From: Epithemia pelagica
Taxonomy: Eukaryota > Protista > Bacillariophyta
Assembly: GCA_946965045.2 (NCBI GenBank)
Contig: OX337240.1
Coordinates: 1,736,001-1,800,000, forward strand
Direction of reading: 5' to 3'
Length of the DNA: 64,000 nt
The notes under the pieces are model-generated. The model searched no databases. It saw only the letters and a program-made list of their open reading frames with translations, and was not told where the DNA came from. A program made the position numbers and the translations under genes. Shown here piece after piece: positions 45,756 to 55,569 of the stretch; position 1 is the stretch's first letter, and each line of letters begins with the position of its first letter.

Positions 45756-48700
45756 ATGTTCACAATCCTACGTGCACTGTGGACTCCGTCGACCATGACG
45801 GATGCGCCTCCTCTGAAGCGCTCTCGCCTTCATGAGCTCTCCATCGAAGATATGATGCATAAGGCACGCATCATCTTCGGACGCGACCCATACAAGGAGC
45901 GGGCTCCAGAAACAGAGGAGCGGAAGTTTCGGGCACTTTTTGGATGCTCACCCACTGTCATGCTTGCGTTGTGGAACCTTCTGGTAGAGTATTGTTTGTT
46001 GCCTGAAGGAGGCAGGCTCATCCATTTGTTTTGGGCCTTGATGTTCGTCAAAGTGTATCCCACAGAGGATACACTTGCAAAACTTTGCGCGGATCCAAGG
46101 GTCCATGATCGAAAAACACTTCGAAAATGGATTCGGCTGTTCATGACAGCCGTCTCCTACCTAACAGATATAGTGGTTGTTACAATTCTTTCTGAATCGT
46201 AGGGACATTGATGCTCGGTAGAGCAGACAATCAGGTAGGTCACCAACCGATACAAGCTTCTCAGGGTCAGAGAAGCAAGCAAGTCGAAGTCTATCAGAAG
46301 GATAGTCGGGACACAAAAGAAGATGTGATAAATGGTGATATTGTTAGATTGTGTGTTGATTACTACGATAGGTCTACGTGAAATGTTCGGTCCTGCCAAG
46401 GGTCATGTGTCATAGGTTCTTGGCGGCAACAGGTTTGGAATAGTTGGAGTCGATTCATGTGATGTATATGACATGTATATGTGGGTGGATAACATATACA
46501 GGGTCAACAGCTCTTGCTTTGGGTTGGCATAGTTGTTTTCATGGCGCGCAGCTTGTTGACAATTTGGAGATTGTGGGAATGGAAATATGGTCTCGCGTGA
46601 TCGTGTGTCGTGCTTGGGATACTTAGACCGTTGGGTCGGATAGATGCCGACAGCGCTCGGATGTCGCTTGGGCGCGCTCGATGATTTCGGGCGCGTACGC
46701 TTAGGGCGTTAGTATAATGTCCGAGCAACGGCCAAATTTACGTCCGTTGTAATACCGCACGACCCAGTTTAGTCTTGAGAGTGAGTTCGTCAATCTATTC
46801 TCACTTTTCATGATTTGCGAAGAAATATAGGTCGATATAGCGCGAAGCTAGGGAACATAGCTCGAAGCTAGATGGCATGATGCGATAGCACGAGGCTATG
46901 TGACATGAGGAATCGATGAGATGTAGAATCTAACCACCATAGACGGTGAGAATTCTAACACTCCCCACAACTCGTCGTTTCAGCCTTGTCATCATTGGAT
47001 TTGTTGAGGTCTTGAACTTCTCCTTTCCAAAACAACAATGGCTTGAGCATGGGCCAAATAGATACGAAATCCCAATGTTTGCTAAGGATATCGGCAGGGT
47101 TGGTCTTTCCATCTTTCCAGTAGAATGCAACATACTTTGCTGCAATGGCTTCACGAACTCGGTGGTATGACAGAAGATGGTGTCTCTTGGATAGTATGGA
47201 ATGAGGGACGGTTGCATTGAGCACAACAGATCTGTTATCTCCGTACATGTAACTTCGCTCTCGGATAGGTACTCCAAGGTAGCGGAGAGAATGTCGTAAT
47301 TCTGTAATCTGATCTATTGCTGTCCTTGCAGCCACAAACTCGGATCCATAGGTAGCAGTTTCCACCGTGCTCTGTCTCTTGCTGTACCAGTCAATAGGTG
47401 TTCCATTCAACAAATGTAGAACAGCAGTGACGGATTTACCAGTGACTATGTCATGCATGAGATTGGCATCAACATAATGAGTTGTGGTAACATAGCGGCC
47501 AAGAGGTGTTGGGCAGTCTTCAGGAATACGTTCACTTGCATTCGGATAGACAGTGCGAGTCCAATCAAATTCTTGGGTAGGAAGACTTGAATAATCGGGC
47601 TCTCCAATCCTAAATCTGATTGCGCCTTCTGGGAGATGTGCAAGGTATCCATAGATACGCTTGGCTCTATCAAGATGTCCTTTCCTCGGAGCAGCACGAA
47701 AGCGTGATAGCGTCATTGTAGCGGTGAAGACGTCGAAACGACCAATAGTGATCACCCATTGGAGTTGTCCAATCAGAGTTTGGAAATGGCTAGTACCTTC
47801 TTCATCAAGGAGTTCAGAATCATCCAATTCAGGATGGTCTCCACCAATAAGAGGTGTTTTGGCTTTCTTGGGTTTCTCCTTGAAGATTCGTTCGAAAGTG
47901 TCCATCATCTTACCAATGTAGCGTCTTGGATCTGCTACTAATGTTCCATCAGAATCCTTGGTGTAACAACATCCCAAGTGGAAATCAATAGGTCCATCTC
48001 CTTTGAGTTTGAAGTTGTATTTCTCCTTCAGGATCTTGCAGATATTCCCAGGATCAGTAGAAATAATGGCTAAGTCATCAACGTATACGGCAATGTATTC
48101 GTAACAGTCTTCTCCAGGTGCTTTCCTCATCCAGATATCCGGATCTGCTTTGCTTGGTGAAAATCCCATGTCTGTCAAAACATCGAATAAGACATCATGC
48201 CAGCGTGCGCCTGATGACTTCAATCCATAAAGTGCCTTGTATATAATCAGGATGTGACCTTCTAATTCCTTGAATTCAGGTCCTGCGACAATGAAAATTT
48301 TCTCCCCTGTCAAGGCTTCCAGATATGCATTTCCAATATCTGCTCCCCATATTTCCAAGTCATTCAAAGTACCCAGGAATAAGGCAATGCGGAGGTTGCG
48401 AATGGAAACAACACCTGAATAGATTGTCTCAACAGGTTCTTTTGTGAGATGTCCATCTGCGACAAGTCTTGCTTTATGTCGTCCATCATGTTTTACGTCA
48501 AAGACAAGATGTACACGTATCTTATGATATCCTTCAGGTGCATTGGATACTTTCCCTTTAATGAAGATGGCTTTCCCAAAATCCTTGAATGTCTTGTAGG
48601 ACTGGATCTGTGACAATTCTAATTCTGTTGCATCCTGCCACTTTGTGTTGCCATGTTGTTTATCAAGAGCGACAGCTTCCTCATAATTGCGTGGTACTTG

Positions 48701-51700
48701 AAATCCAAACTTATACTTGACGGAATGGTGAACTTGTTTAATCCTTGACTGTTTGGCTGCTCGAATGAGACGTTTGCTTGTTTTGACATAACGTTTCAAA
48801 TGCTTCCATCCAGGTTCGTTGAGTAAACCATGTTTCTTTCCATAAATTGCTACAATGATCGGATCATCATTGGCGATGAGTGATAAAGGTTCATAGGTAG
48901 TCTCCCCAGTTTCCCAATCAACAAGCAAATTATATTTGCTCCCCTTGTAATCTGGATCAGTTGTGTTCAGTGGGCCTTGATGGGCAATGACATCCCTGAA
49001 CCTGAAAAGATTATCTCCAGAGGTTTGAGCTTGGTTATCTCGTTTGATATACTCCATGAGTTGATTATAGGATATCATCTCATCAACATCAGAATTTGTC
49101 TTTCGGTAGATGTACTTGACACGTTCTTCCTGTTTCGTTGCTTCTTCATTAAGATCAATGACTCGTTTGATGACACGTGCACGGTGTCGCTCCCCATTTT
49201 CTTCTGTGTCGCATAGGAATGTGCGTCCTATCATGTCGTCAAAATCGATCGTGGGCATTGGTTTGGATGGATCTTCACTATCACTGCGAATGAAGACAGT
49301 ATCAGCTTGCTTATCATTGTCATCCTTCTCAGACGAATCCTCCCCTGAAGGTCGATCCACACGTAGGTTAGGTGTAGTGGATGCAACACGGCGAACGGCA
49401 GAACGGTAGATGATCTGGTTATCCTGGGTGAGAATCTTCCAAGTAAAAGAATCACCAACGTTGTGAGCAAAACCAACCCAGTGGCCAAGTTTCTCATCAG
49501 AAGAAGATGGATATGAACCAGAATTGGGTTCAGCGGGGTCGACACGGTAGTAAACTTCATCCCAGAAAGGAAAGAACAAGAGATGAGTAATGTCGGGTGG
49601 GCGTCCGGAGAGAGCCTCAAGAGGAGTGCGACCGGAATGGGTGGGTGATGACGTATGGTTCAATAAGTCACAGACATACTCAAGGCAAAGAAGCCAGGTG
49701 TTGGCAGGGCAACCAGTGGCATTCATGAGAGCGTTGGTCATACGTTTAACGGTCTGATAACGGTTTTCAGCCTTATTCTGGTGTTGATGATAAGTTTCAG
49801 ATCGATACTCCCCAATAAGCAAAGTGCGAAGAATGTCTTTGACCTTTTGGGAGATGAGAGATGAACCACCATCACTGATAAGGGTCTCCATGGCACCACG
49901 AAACCGGATGTTATCCTGGAGAGTATTGACAAACTGTTTGGTTGACTTGATCCCATAGATATCAGTAACCAGAGTATCTCGACCAACAAAGATTTGTGCG
50001 ACTTTACCGCCATGGTCAACAGCAGGGGTGTCGGAGAAAACCGAGTCAGTAGCAACGGGTTCATGACGTCGAGGTATATTAAGGACCGGATTGCGAGCCT
50101 TGAAATGTTTCTTGAGGGTGTCGTGGTCAAAAGTAATGCTACCATTACGTGTAGTGTGCTTGAACGTATCGGCAATAACATCTTCAGATTGCCAACCAAA
50201 GAATGGACGGAACTTCTTCCAGTCATACGCTTCCTGGTAACGACGGTGGACAGAGGCATGAAGTGTAGGATCATTACCTTCTGCGTCAGCATAGATAGAA
50301 AAGAAGGGTGCGTCGTCAGGTCCATGATCATATGGGAGATCCAAAAGGAGATTGAGGTTACAAACAACACGATCAGTGTACTCCCCATAGTTGTCATATG
50401 GATGGTTCGACATACTACCATCAGTCTTGACGTGTTTCCAATCAGGATCATTGTCAGAGGGTGTGGGAGAATACGAATGGTCCAGAACACCAGGATCCCA
50501 TGTGTCGGGTGACGTGAAGATGATCTGAGGTAAGGTATCCATGTCATCGTCGCTGGGGATACCCAAGGAGTGGATGTAGGCTAACCCATCCTTGATGTGA
50601 AGGGGTATGGCACGACCATCAAGTGTAGTGATGCGTTGTTTACCATCAACTTTAACAGATCGTTCATCAACAGCAAGTCCGAAATGCTCGAATTGACCAG
50701 GAGCATGGATAGATAAGCCCTTTCCATAATAAGCATATTCATTGAAGATGCCGACAATAGGTCCGTCATTGGTCTCAAACTTTGCGGCACATGTGACGAC
50801 AGGAAGTCCAGTGAGTTCATGGTTATCAATACCCACAGTAGTGATATGGCGGCCAGTCTTAGAAAGGATGCGCATGTCAGAACCCGCAAGTCCTCCATTA
50901 GCACCACGGTCAATCAATTGATTTCCTGGTAAAGTAGATTTCCTGGAAAACAGATAGCGTGGAACATGTCCTGCTTGTTTATGCATGTTGGTTTTGAAAG
51001 TAACCTTCTTGCTCGTCTTGGACTTGGCGTTAGAAAGAACACTAGTCAGGTCAGTTGCCGGGTGATTGATATCAGTCGTCATGGCTTGGTTGATAAATTG
51101 TGTAACCGGATCTGAGTCATCTGGATGCTCAGGGACTACGCCAGGTGAGTCGTCATCAGATGCAACTTGGTTGGGGTCAGGATCAGGTTCCGGATCAATG
51201 TCGAGGGCATGTGTTTGCACTTTCCTCGGTGTTGTTGATGAAGGTGCTTGAATCATCTTGTTATACTCAATGATCAACTTGCGATCTTCTTCAGAAAGTT
51301 TGAACCATAGGTCACGCGGTAGACTAACCTTGGACAAAGAGGATGGAGATTCAGATGTCGCTGTGGTGTTGTGGACATGATACTCCATATCATCTTGTGA
51401 GGTTATGTCAGCATCTGTATCTTGGCCATATAGTGATTCATGTTGTTTGACATGTCGACGGCGACTATGAACAGATGACTGGGTTGCTTGATCATGGTCA
51501 TAAGCTGCGTCTAGAAGGAGACGGAAGTATGATTGATAGCAAAGGGATTTTGCACCGGATTTGGTGTTCACCACATTATCCAAGATCTTGACTCGGCGGA
51601 GATCAGGTACCTTTTCTACAGCTTGCATGAGGAAGGTCATCCTGGTATGATCAGGGATGCGATCAGACAATGTCACTAGATTGTCTAGCAAACGTAGCTG

Positions 51701-54700
51701 CTCTTGAAAGTGTAGAAGAAATTGACGTGTTGTTCCGCGCCATGTGTCGTCAAGACGTAGATTGGAAATGTAGTTGGTTAAACGGAGGACCTCTCGCTTT
51801 GCTAGGTCGGATTCGGTATGCAAAGAATGTAACTTCTGCAATACGGCACGCGCATCTTCATCATGTTCATGTTCACGTACATAGGCTCGACCTTGGTCAG
51901 TCTGAATGATACGGACAAGAACAGAGTAAAGAAATACTTGTTGCTCTTGGAAAAGTTCTTCGGCATACTCATCATCATGGGGTGGTGTGTATTTGAAATT
52001 CAGAACGTTGGATAGGCCTTGAGCCTTAGCTGTAGTCTTGAATACACGCCAGAATGAATCGTAGTATCGTTCATCCTTGAATACCTCATATGCAGTTGCG
52101 TCGCGCTTAGTTCCCTTTCTGAATGCTGTAAGGTCTTGTTGAGATTGGGATGCGGCAGTAACTGTGCTGACAGATTTCACAGATGACGGTGACTTCATTG
52201 GCGAGACTGGGACTTGACTAGGTGGTCCCTTAGAGAAATCTGTGTTGATCCTCCAAGTGTTGAACTCTTTCCTCGTTAGGTTCATCCAGTCGCTATTGGA
52301 TAGCTCGTCTTGAATTTCATTGGTCTTGTATATGGCCCAATAAGCCAAGAGCTTGATCTGCTGTCTTGTGGGGCCTTGTAGATCATGTGTCTGTTTGTTG
52401 ACCTTGTACTGTGTCAGTTCCTTCATGGATTCCTCGGTATTAGTTTGCATATACGAGATAACATGGGTAATGTTCTCAAAACCATGGTATTTCATCCACT
52501 TCATTAAGTAGTCAGCCCTTTCTTTGGTAAAGAATTGGCAGACAGTAAATATGATGTGGTCGAATAGGTCTGTGTCCGAGACATTGTCTTGGTTATCTTC
52601 TCCCTTAGGAGTCGTAGGTGTCTTGGGTGATTGAGGATCCATGGTGTTATTTGGTTGGTTCGATGTTTATTTAATGTGCGGTGTGATGTGGTTTATTTAA
52701 TGTGTGATGTGATGTGAACCCGGATGTACCACGTGTGCCACGTATGTACCACGTATGTAATACCCGGATGTGTGTTGTGATGTGCGACTCCTGGAAATTT
52801 CCGTTGATTCCGACAAATTTTCGCCGAGTTTCAACAAATTTTCGCCGAATTTTCGCGATTTGACGGGAATGTGTGGCGTGTTGTGCGACCAAGGGTACCC
52901 GGATGTGCGTTGAGTTTAAGTCTTGGAAAGGTTTTGAGAGGACGGGAGTTAACTATGAGTAATTAAGCTTCGGTCTCCGAATCCTCACTCTCTTCCGAAT
53001 GATCAGAGTCGTTTCCAGGCTCAGATGGGGCAGCACAAGCAACAGAAGAAGGGGTATCACCTTCAGCCAGGTGGTTCTCGACCTCGGTACGCAAAGGGTA
53101 GATAGTTGCACGATGGTCCTCGATGGTATGGACCTCGTGGATGTAGGCAACGTAGTTATCTAGGCGTACAACGTTAGGAGGCAGAGGGCAAGTCGTCGCG
53201 TTCACGACGTGGATGGTATTGTAGTATCCAGTTGGGCGCTCGAAGGTTAGGAAGCGGAGGTGGACAGTACGGATGGGGTTGCCCGAGAGGGCGGCCAAGA
53301 TGAGGCGACGCCTCGGAGAAGGGTGAAGTTGGTCGTTCAGACGGTCAATGTCTTCTTGGTCGACGATGTGGGTCACCGATTGGAACTGGCGTTCGATCTG
53401 GGTCTCCCCACGGATGATCTCGGGATCGAAGGTCGAACAAGTTGGTTGACGGAAGTACTTGATATGATCAGCAATCAACCGGGTGGTACGACGGGATCGA
53501 GAAGGGACGAGCCGACGAGGCGGACTCGGGGGCCGAAGCAACGGCGCAGGGATCGGAGCGTGAGGCTGGGTTGGAGTCTCGAATGGGTTGCTGTTGGAAC
53601 TGTCGACGGAGATGTTGACCGATGTGTTGGCTGCCTTCGGCGTCGGCACCAGTTCCTGCTGCACCAGGGTATCGGGCTGCCCGGGATGCAGTTTGGCTCG
53701 ATAGATCTGTCGTACAGGAGTGATAAGCTCGTTAGAATCCATGAAACCACAAGGAAATAAGCTTTGAGACTGTTAATCTGTTACAATTCTTTCTGAATCG
53801 TAGGGACATTGATGCTCGGTAGAGCAGACAATCAGGTAGGTCACCAACCGATACAAGCTTCTCAGGGTCAGAGAAGCAAGCAAGTCGAAGTCTATCAGAA
53901 GGATAGTCGGGACACAAAAGAAGATGTGATAAATGGTGATATTGTTAGATTGTGTGTTGATTACTACGATAGGTCTACGTGAAATGTTCGGTCCTGCCAA
54001 GGGTCATGTGTCATAGGTTCTTGGCGGCAACAGGTTTGGAATAGTTGGAGTCGATTCATGTGATGTATATGACATGTATATGTGGGTGGATAACATATAC
54101 AGGGTCAACAGCTCTTGCTTTGGGTTGGCATAGTTGTTTTCATGGCGCGCAGCTTGTTGACAATTTGGAGATTGTGGGAATGGAAATATGGTCTCGCGTG
54201 ATCGTGTGTCGTGCTTGGGATACTTAGACCGTTGGGTCGGATAGATGCCGACAGCGCTCGGATGTCGCTTGGGCGCGCTCGATGATTTCGGGCGCGTACG
54301 CTTAGGGCGTTAGTATAATGTCCGAGCAACGGCCAAATTTACGTCCGTTGTAATACCGCACGACCCAGTTTAGTCTTGAGAGTGAGTTCGTCAATCTATT
54401 CTCACTTTTCATGATTTGCGAAGAAATATAGGTCGATATAGCGCGAAGCTAGGGAACATAGCTCGAAGCTAGATGGCATGATGCGATAGCACGAGGCTAT
54501 GTGACATGAGGAATCGATGAGATGTAGAATCTAACCACCATAGACGGTGAGAATTCTAACAGTGGTAAGTTGATTGCAATGTCGACCTGAATGTTTCCTA
54601 TTATGGTCTAGCCCTTTGGATTGCTTTTCTTTGGCAGATTGATTTTGATAATCGTCTTAGTGATGACGTTGGCAATGATTGCCTTGTCAATGTGGATGGC

Positions 54701-55243
54701 ACGGATTTTCTTATTCGCCACAATGGACGCAAATTTTTCTCCTACAAGTATCAGCACTCCGGTCTCCGCTACGAGGTTGCAACGTGCATTCGCACGGGAG
54801 ATCTGGTGTGGATTTCTGGTCCATGGGAGCCAGGCATCTACAACGATCTGTCTGTGTTCCGCAACAGCGGAATCATCAATCTACTGGACGAGGGTGAACG
54901 CGTGGAAGCCGATGATGGCTACCGTGGTGAAGCGCCCATGTATGTCCGTTGCCCGTGCGTCTGTGGAACGGCAATCGAAGAATTCGAACGGATGGAAGCA
55001 ATCTGCCGACGACGCCACGAAACAATCAACAAACGATTTAAACAATTTGGCGCCCTCAAACAAGTGTGGCGCCACCAGCTCATCAATCATGGGAAGGCAT
55101 TTCGACTGGCTGCCGTTGTGACGCAGCTTTCAATCCAGCATGGTGAGCCTCTATTTGATGTAGACTACGTCGATCCCAATTGGGACGACGACTACATTGC
55201 TCAAATTGAGTATGGCCCAGATTTGGCAGCCGTGGAGCTCTAG
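45756..55243 (+). CDS. PIF/Harbinger-type DDE transposase (341 aa), split by the copia insertion
   Basis: Exon 1 45756-46175 (HLFWALMFVKVYPTE...KTLRKWI), intron 54565-54637 (GTAAGT...TGGCAG), exon 2 54638-55243 with VDGTDF, EADDGY and RHETINKRFK (D-D-E). Confidence 0.9.
46178..46960 (-). repeat. 3' LTR
   Basis: Direct repeat of 53779-54561 (offset 7601); small ORFs inside both LTRs translate identically. Confidence 0.97.
46955..52642 (-). CDS. Copia Gag-Pol polyprotein (1895 aa): gag, protease, integrase, RT, RNase H
   Basis: PR LIDRGANGGL; IN ATDSVFSD...QHQNKAEN; RT VFDVKHDGRHKARLVADG and YVDD; RH YVDAN, ETATYGSEF, YGDN, NPADILSK. Copia domain order. Confidence 0.97.
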   Translation of the reverse strand: MDPQSPKTPTTPKGEDNQDNVSDTDLFDHIIFTVCQFFTKERADYLMKWMKYHGFENITHVISYMQTNTEESMKELTQYKVNKQTHDLQGPTRQQIKLLAYWAIYKTNEIQDELSNSDWMNLTRKEFNTWRINTDFSKGPPSQVPVSPMKSPSSVKSVSTVTAASQSQQDLTAFRKGTKRDATAYEVFKDERYYDSFWRVFKTTAKAQGLSNVLNFKYTPPHDDEYAEELFQEQQVFLYSVLVRIIQTDQGRAYVREHEHDEDARAVLQKLHSLHTESDLAKREVLRLTNYISNLRLDDTWRGTTRQFLLHFQEQLRLLDNLVTLSDRIPDHTRMTFLMQAVEKVPDLRRVKILDNVVNTKSGAKSLCYQSYFRLLLDAAYDHDQATQSSVHSRRRHVKQHESLYGQDTDADITSQDDMEYHVHNTTATSESPSSLSKVSLPRDLWFKLSEEDRKLIIEYNKMIQAPSSTTPRKVQTHALDIDPEPDPDPNQVASDDDSPGVVPEHPDDSDPVTQFINQAMTTDINHPATDLTSVLSNAKSKTSKKVTFKTNMHKQAGHVPRYLFSRKSTLPGNQLIDRGANGGLAGSDMRILSKTGRHITTVGIDNHELTGLPVVTCAAKFETNDGPIVGIFNEYAYYGKGLSIHAPGQFEHFGLAVDERSVKVDGKQRITTLDGRAIPLHIKDGLAYIHSLGIPSDDDMDTLPQIIFTSPDTWDPGVLDHSYSPTPSDNDPDWKHVKTDGSMSNHPYDNYGEYTDRVVCNLNLLLDLPYDHGPDDAPFFSIYADAEGNDPTLHASVHRRYQEAYDWKKFRPFFGWQSEDVIADTFKHTTRNGSITFDHDTLKKHFKARNPVLNIPRRHEPVATDSVFSDTPAVDHGGKVAQIFVGRDTLVTDIYGIKSTKQFVNTLQDNIRFRGAMETLISDGGSSLISQKVKDILRTLLIGEYRSETYHQHQNKAENRYQTVKRMTNALMNATGCPANTWLLCLEYVCDLLNHTSSPTHSGRTPLEALSGRPPDITHLLFFPFWDEVYYRVDPAEPNSGSYPSSSDEKLGHWVGFAHNVGDSFTWKILTQDNQIIYRSAVRRVASTTPNLRVDRPSGEDSSEKDDNDKQADTVFIRSDSEDPSKPMPTIDFDDMIGRTFLCDTEENGERHRARVIKRVIDLNEEATKQEERVKYIYRKTNSDVDEMISYNQLMEYIKRDNQAQTSGDNLFRFRDVIAHQGPLNTTDPDYKGSKYNLLVDWETGETTYEPLSLIANDDPIIVAIYGKKHGLLNEPGWKHLKRYVKTSKRLIRAAKQSRIKQVHHSVKYKFGFQVPRNYEEAVALDKQHGNTKWQDATELELSQIQSYKTFKDFGKAIFIKGKVSNAPEGYHKIRVHLVFDVKHDGRHKARLVADGHLTKEPVETIYSGVVSIRNLRIALFLGTLNDLEIWGADIGNAYLEALTGEKIFIVAGPEFKELEGHILIIYKALYGLKSSGARWHDVLFDVLTDMGFSPSKADPDIWMRKAPGEDCYEYIAVYVDDLAIISTDPGNICKILKEKYNFKLKGDGPIDFHLGCCYTKDSDGTLVADPRRYIGKMMDTFERIFKEKPKKAKTPLIGGDHPELDDSELLDEEGTSHFQTLIGQLQWVITIGRFDVFTATMTLSRFRAAPRKGHLDRAKRIYGYLAHLPEGAIRFRIGEPDYSSLPTQEFDWTRTVYPNASERIPEDCPTPLGRYVTTTHYVDANLMHDIVTGKSVTAVLHLLNGTPIDWYSKRQSTVETATYGSEFVAARTAIDQITELRHSLRYLGVPIRERSYMYGDNRSVVLNATVPHSILSKRHHLLSYHRVREAIAAKYVAFYWKDGKTNPADILSKHWDFVSIWPMLKPLLFWKGEVQDLNKSNDDKAETTSCGEC
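52963..53742 (-). CDS. Additional 259-aa ORF between the 5' LTR/PBS and gag-pol
   Basis: ATG 36 nt downstream of the LTR end, sense to gag-pol. Pro-rich N-terminus, globular-looking core, acidic tail. Confidence 0.7.
   Translation of the reverse strand: MDSNELITPVRQIYRAKLHPGQPDTLVQQELVPTPKAANTSVNISVDSSNSNPFETPTQPHAPIPAPLLRPPSPPRRLVPSRSRRTTRLIADHIKYFRQPTCSTFDPEIIRGETQIERQFQSVTHIVDQEDIDRLNDQLHPSPRRRLILAALSGNPIRTVHLRFLTFERPTGYYNTIHVVNATTCPLPPNVVRLDNYVAYIHEVHTIEDHRATIYPLRTEVENHLAEGDTPSSVACAAPSEPGNDSDHSEESEDSETEA
53768..53778 (-). promoter_or_regulatory. Putative primer-binding site complementary to the tRNA-Asn(GUU) anticodon arm
   Basis: GACTGTTAATC on the + strand directly abuts the 5' LTR and reads as tRNA positions 30-40 with the canonical loop CTGTTAA. 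Confidence 0.6.
53779..54561 (-). repeat. 5' LTR
   Basis: See 3' LTR. Confidence 0.97.
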
Positions 55244-55569
55244 AAGTTAGCGTATCTTTAATCTAGTAATTACTCATAGTGTGTTACTACAATTCCATTC
55301 CATTAGTAGACATGACCGTCCTCCCCAGTTGCCAAAATCTATGCTCGTTAGAGTGTCCTATGACTCCGACGCCCTACTTTTTTGCCTAAAACCCTGATTG
55401 TGCATAGTAGGGCCGATTTCCCCCAACTCCTTCGAAACGAGGAGAGGGGGCGTCAACAACAACATCTATTCCATATGCCTCATAGATGTCAGAGGACAAG
55501 TGAAGAAGGCCTCATCACAACCCGAAAAAGACCGTGCTGTCTGAATTCATCATTCTTATCATCATCATC

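Larger units (their letters stand above)
46178..54561 (-). mobile_element. Ty1/copia LTR retrotransposon (diatom CoDi-like), full length, 8384 bp
   Basis: 783-bp LTRs (TG...CA) at 46178-46960 and 53779-54561, identical by eye. 5-bp TSD GTGGT at 46173-46177 and 54562-54566. Purine-rich PPT-like GTGGGGAG abutting the 3' LTR. Intact gag-pol. Confidence 0.97.
43585..55430. mobile_element. PIF/Harbinger-like DNA transposon (about 3.5 kb without the nested copia)
   Basis: 22-bp TIRs GGAGTTGGGGGAAATCGG(T/C)CCT at 43585-43606 and 55409-55430. 3-bp TSD TTC at 43582-43584 and 55431-55433. Empty site with a single TTC at 32763-32765. Divergent transposase and accessory genes. Confidence 0.92.

Noticed and set aside
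46157-46728. Small ORFs duplicated at 46157-46728 and 53773-54329
   Set aside because: They are simply translations of the two identical LTRs.
53768-53778. Calling a tRNA gene here
   Set aside because: Only an anticodon-arm match; no acceptor stem, D arm or T arm. No tRNA, rRNA or CRISPR features were supportable anywhere in the window.
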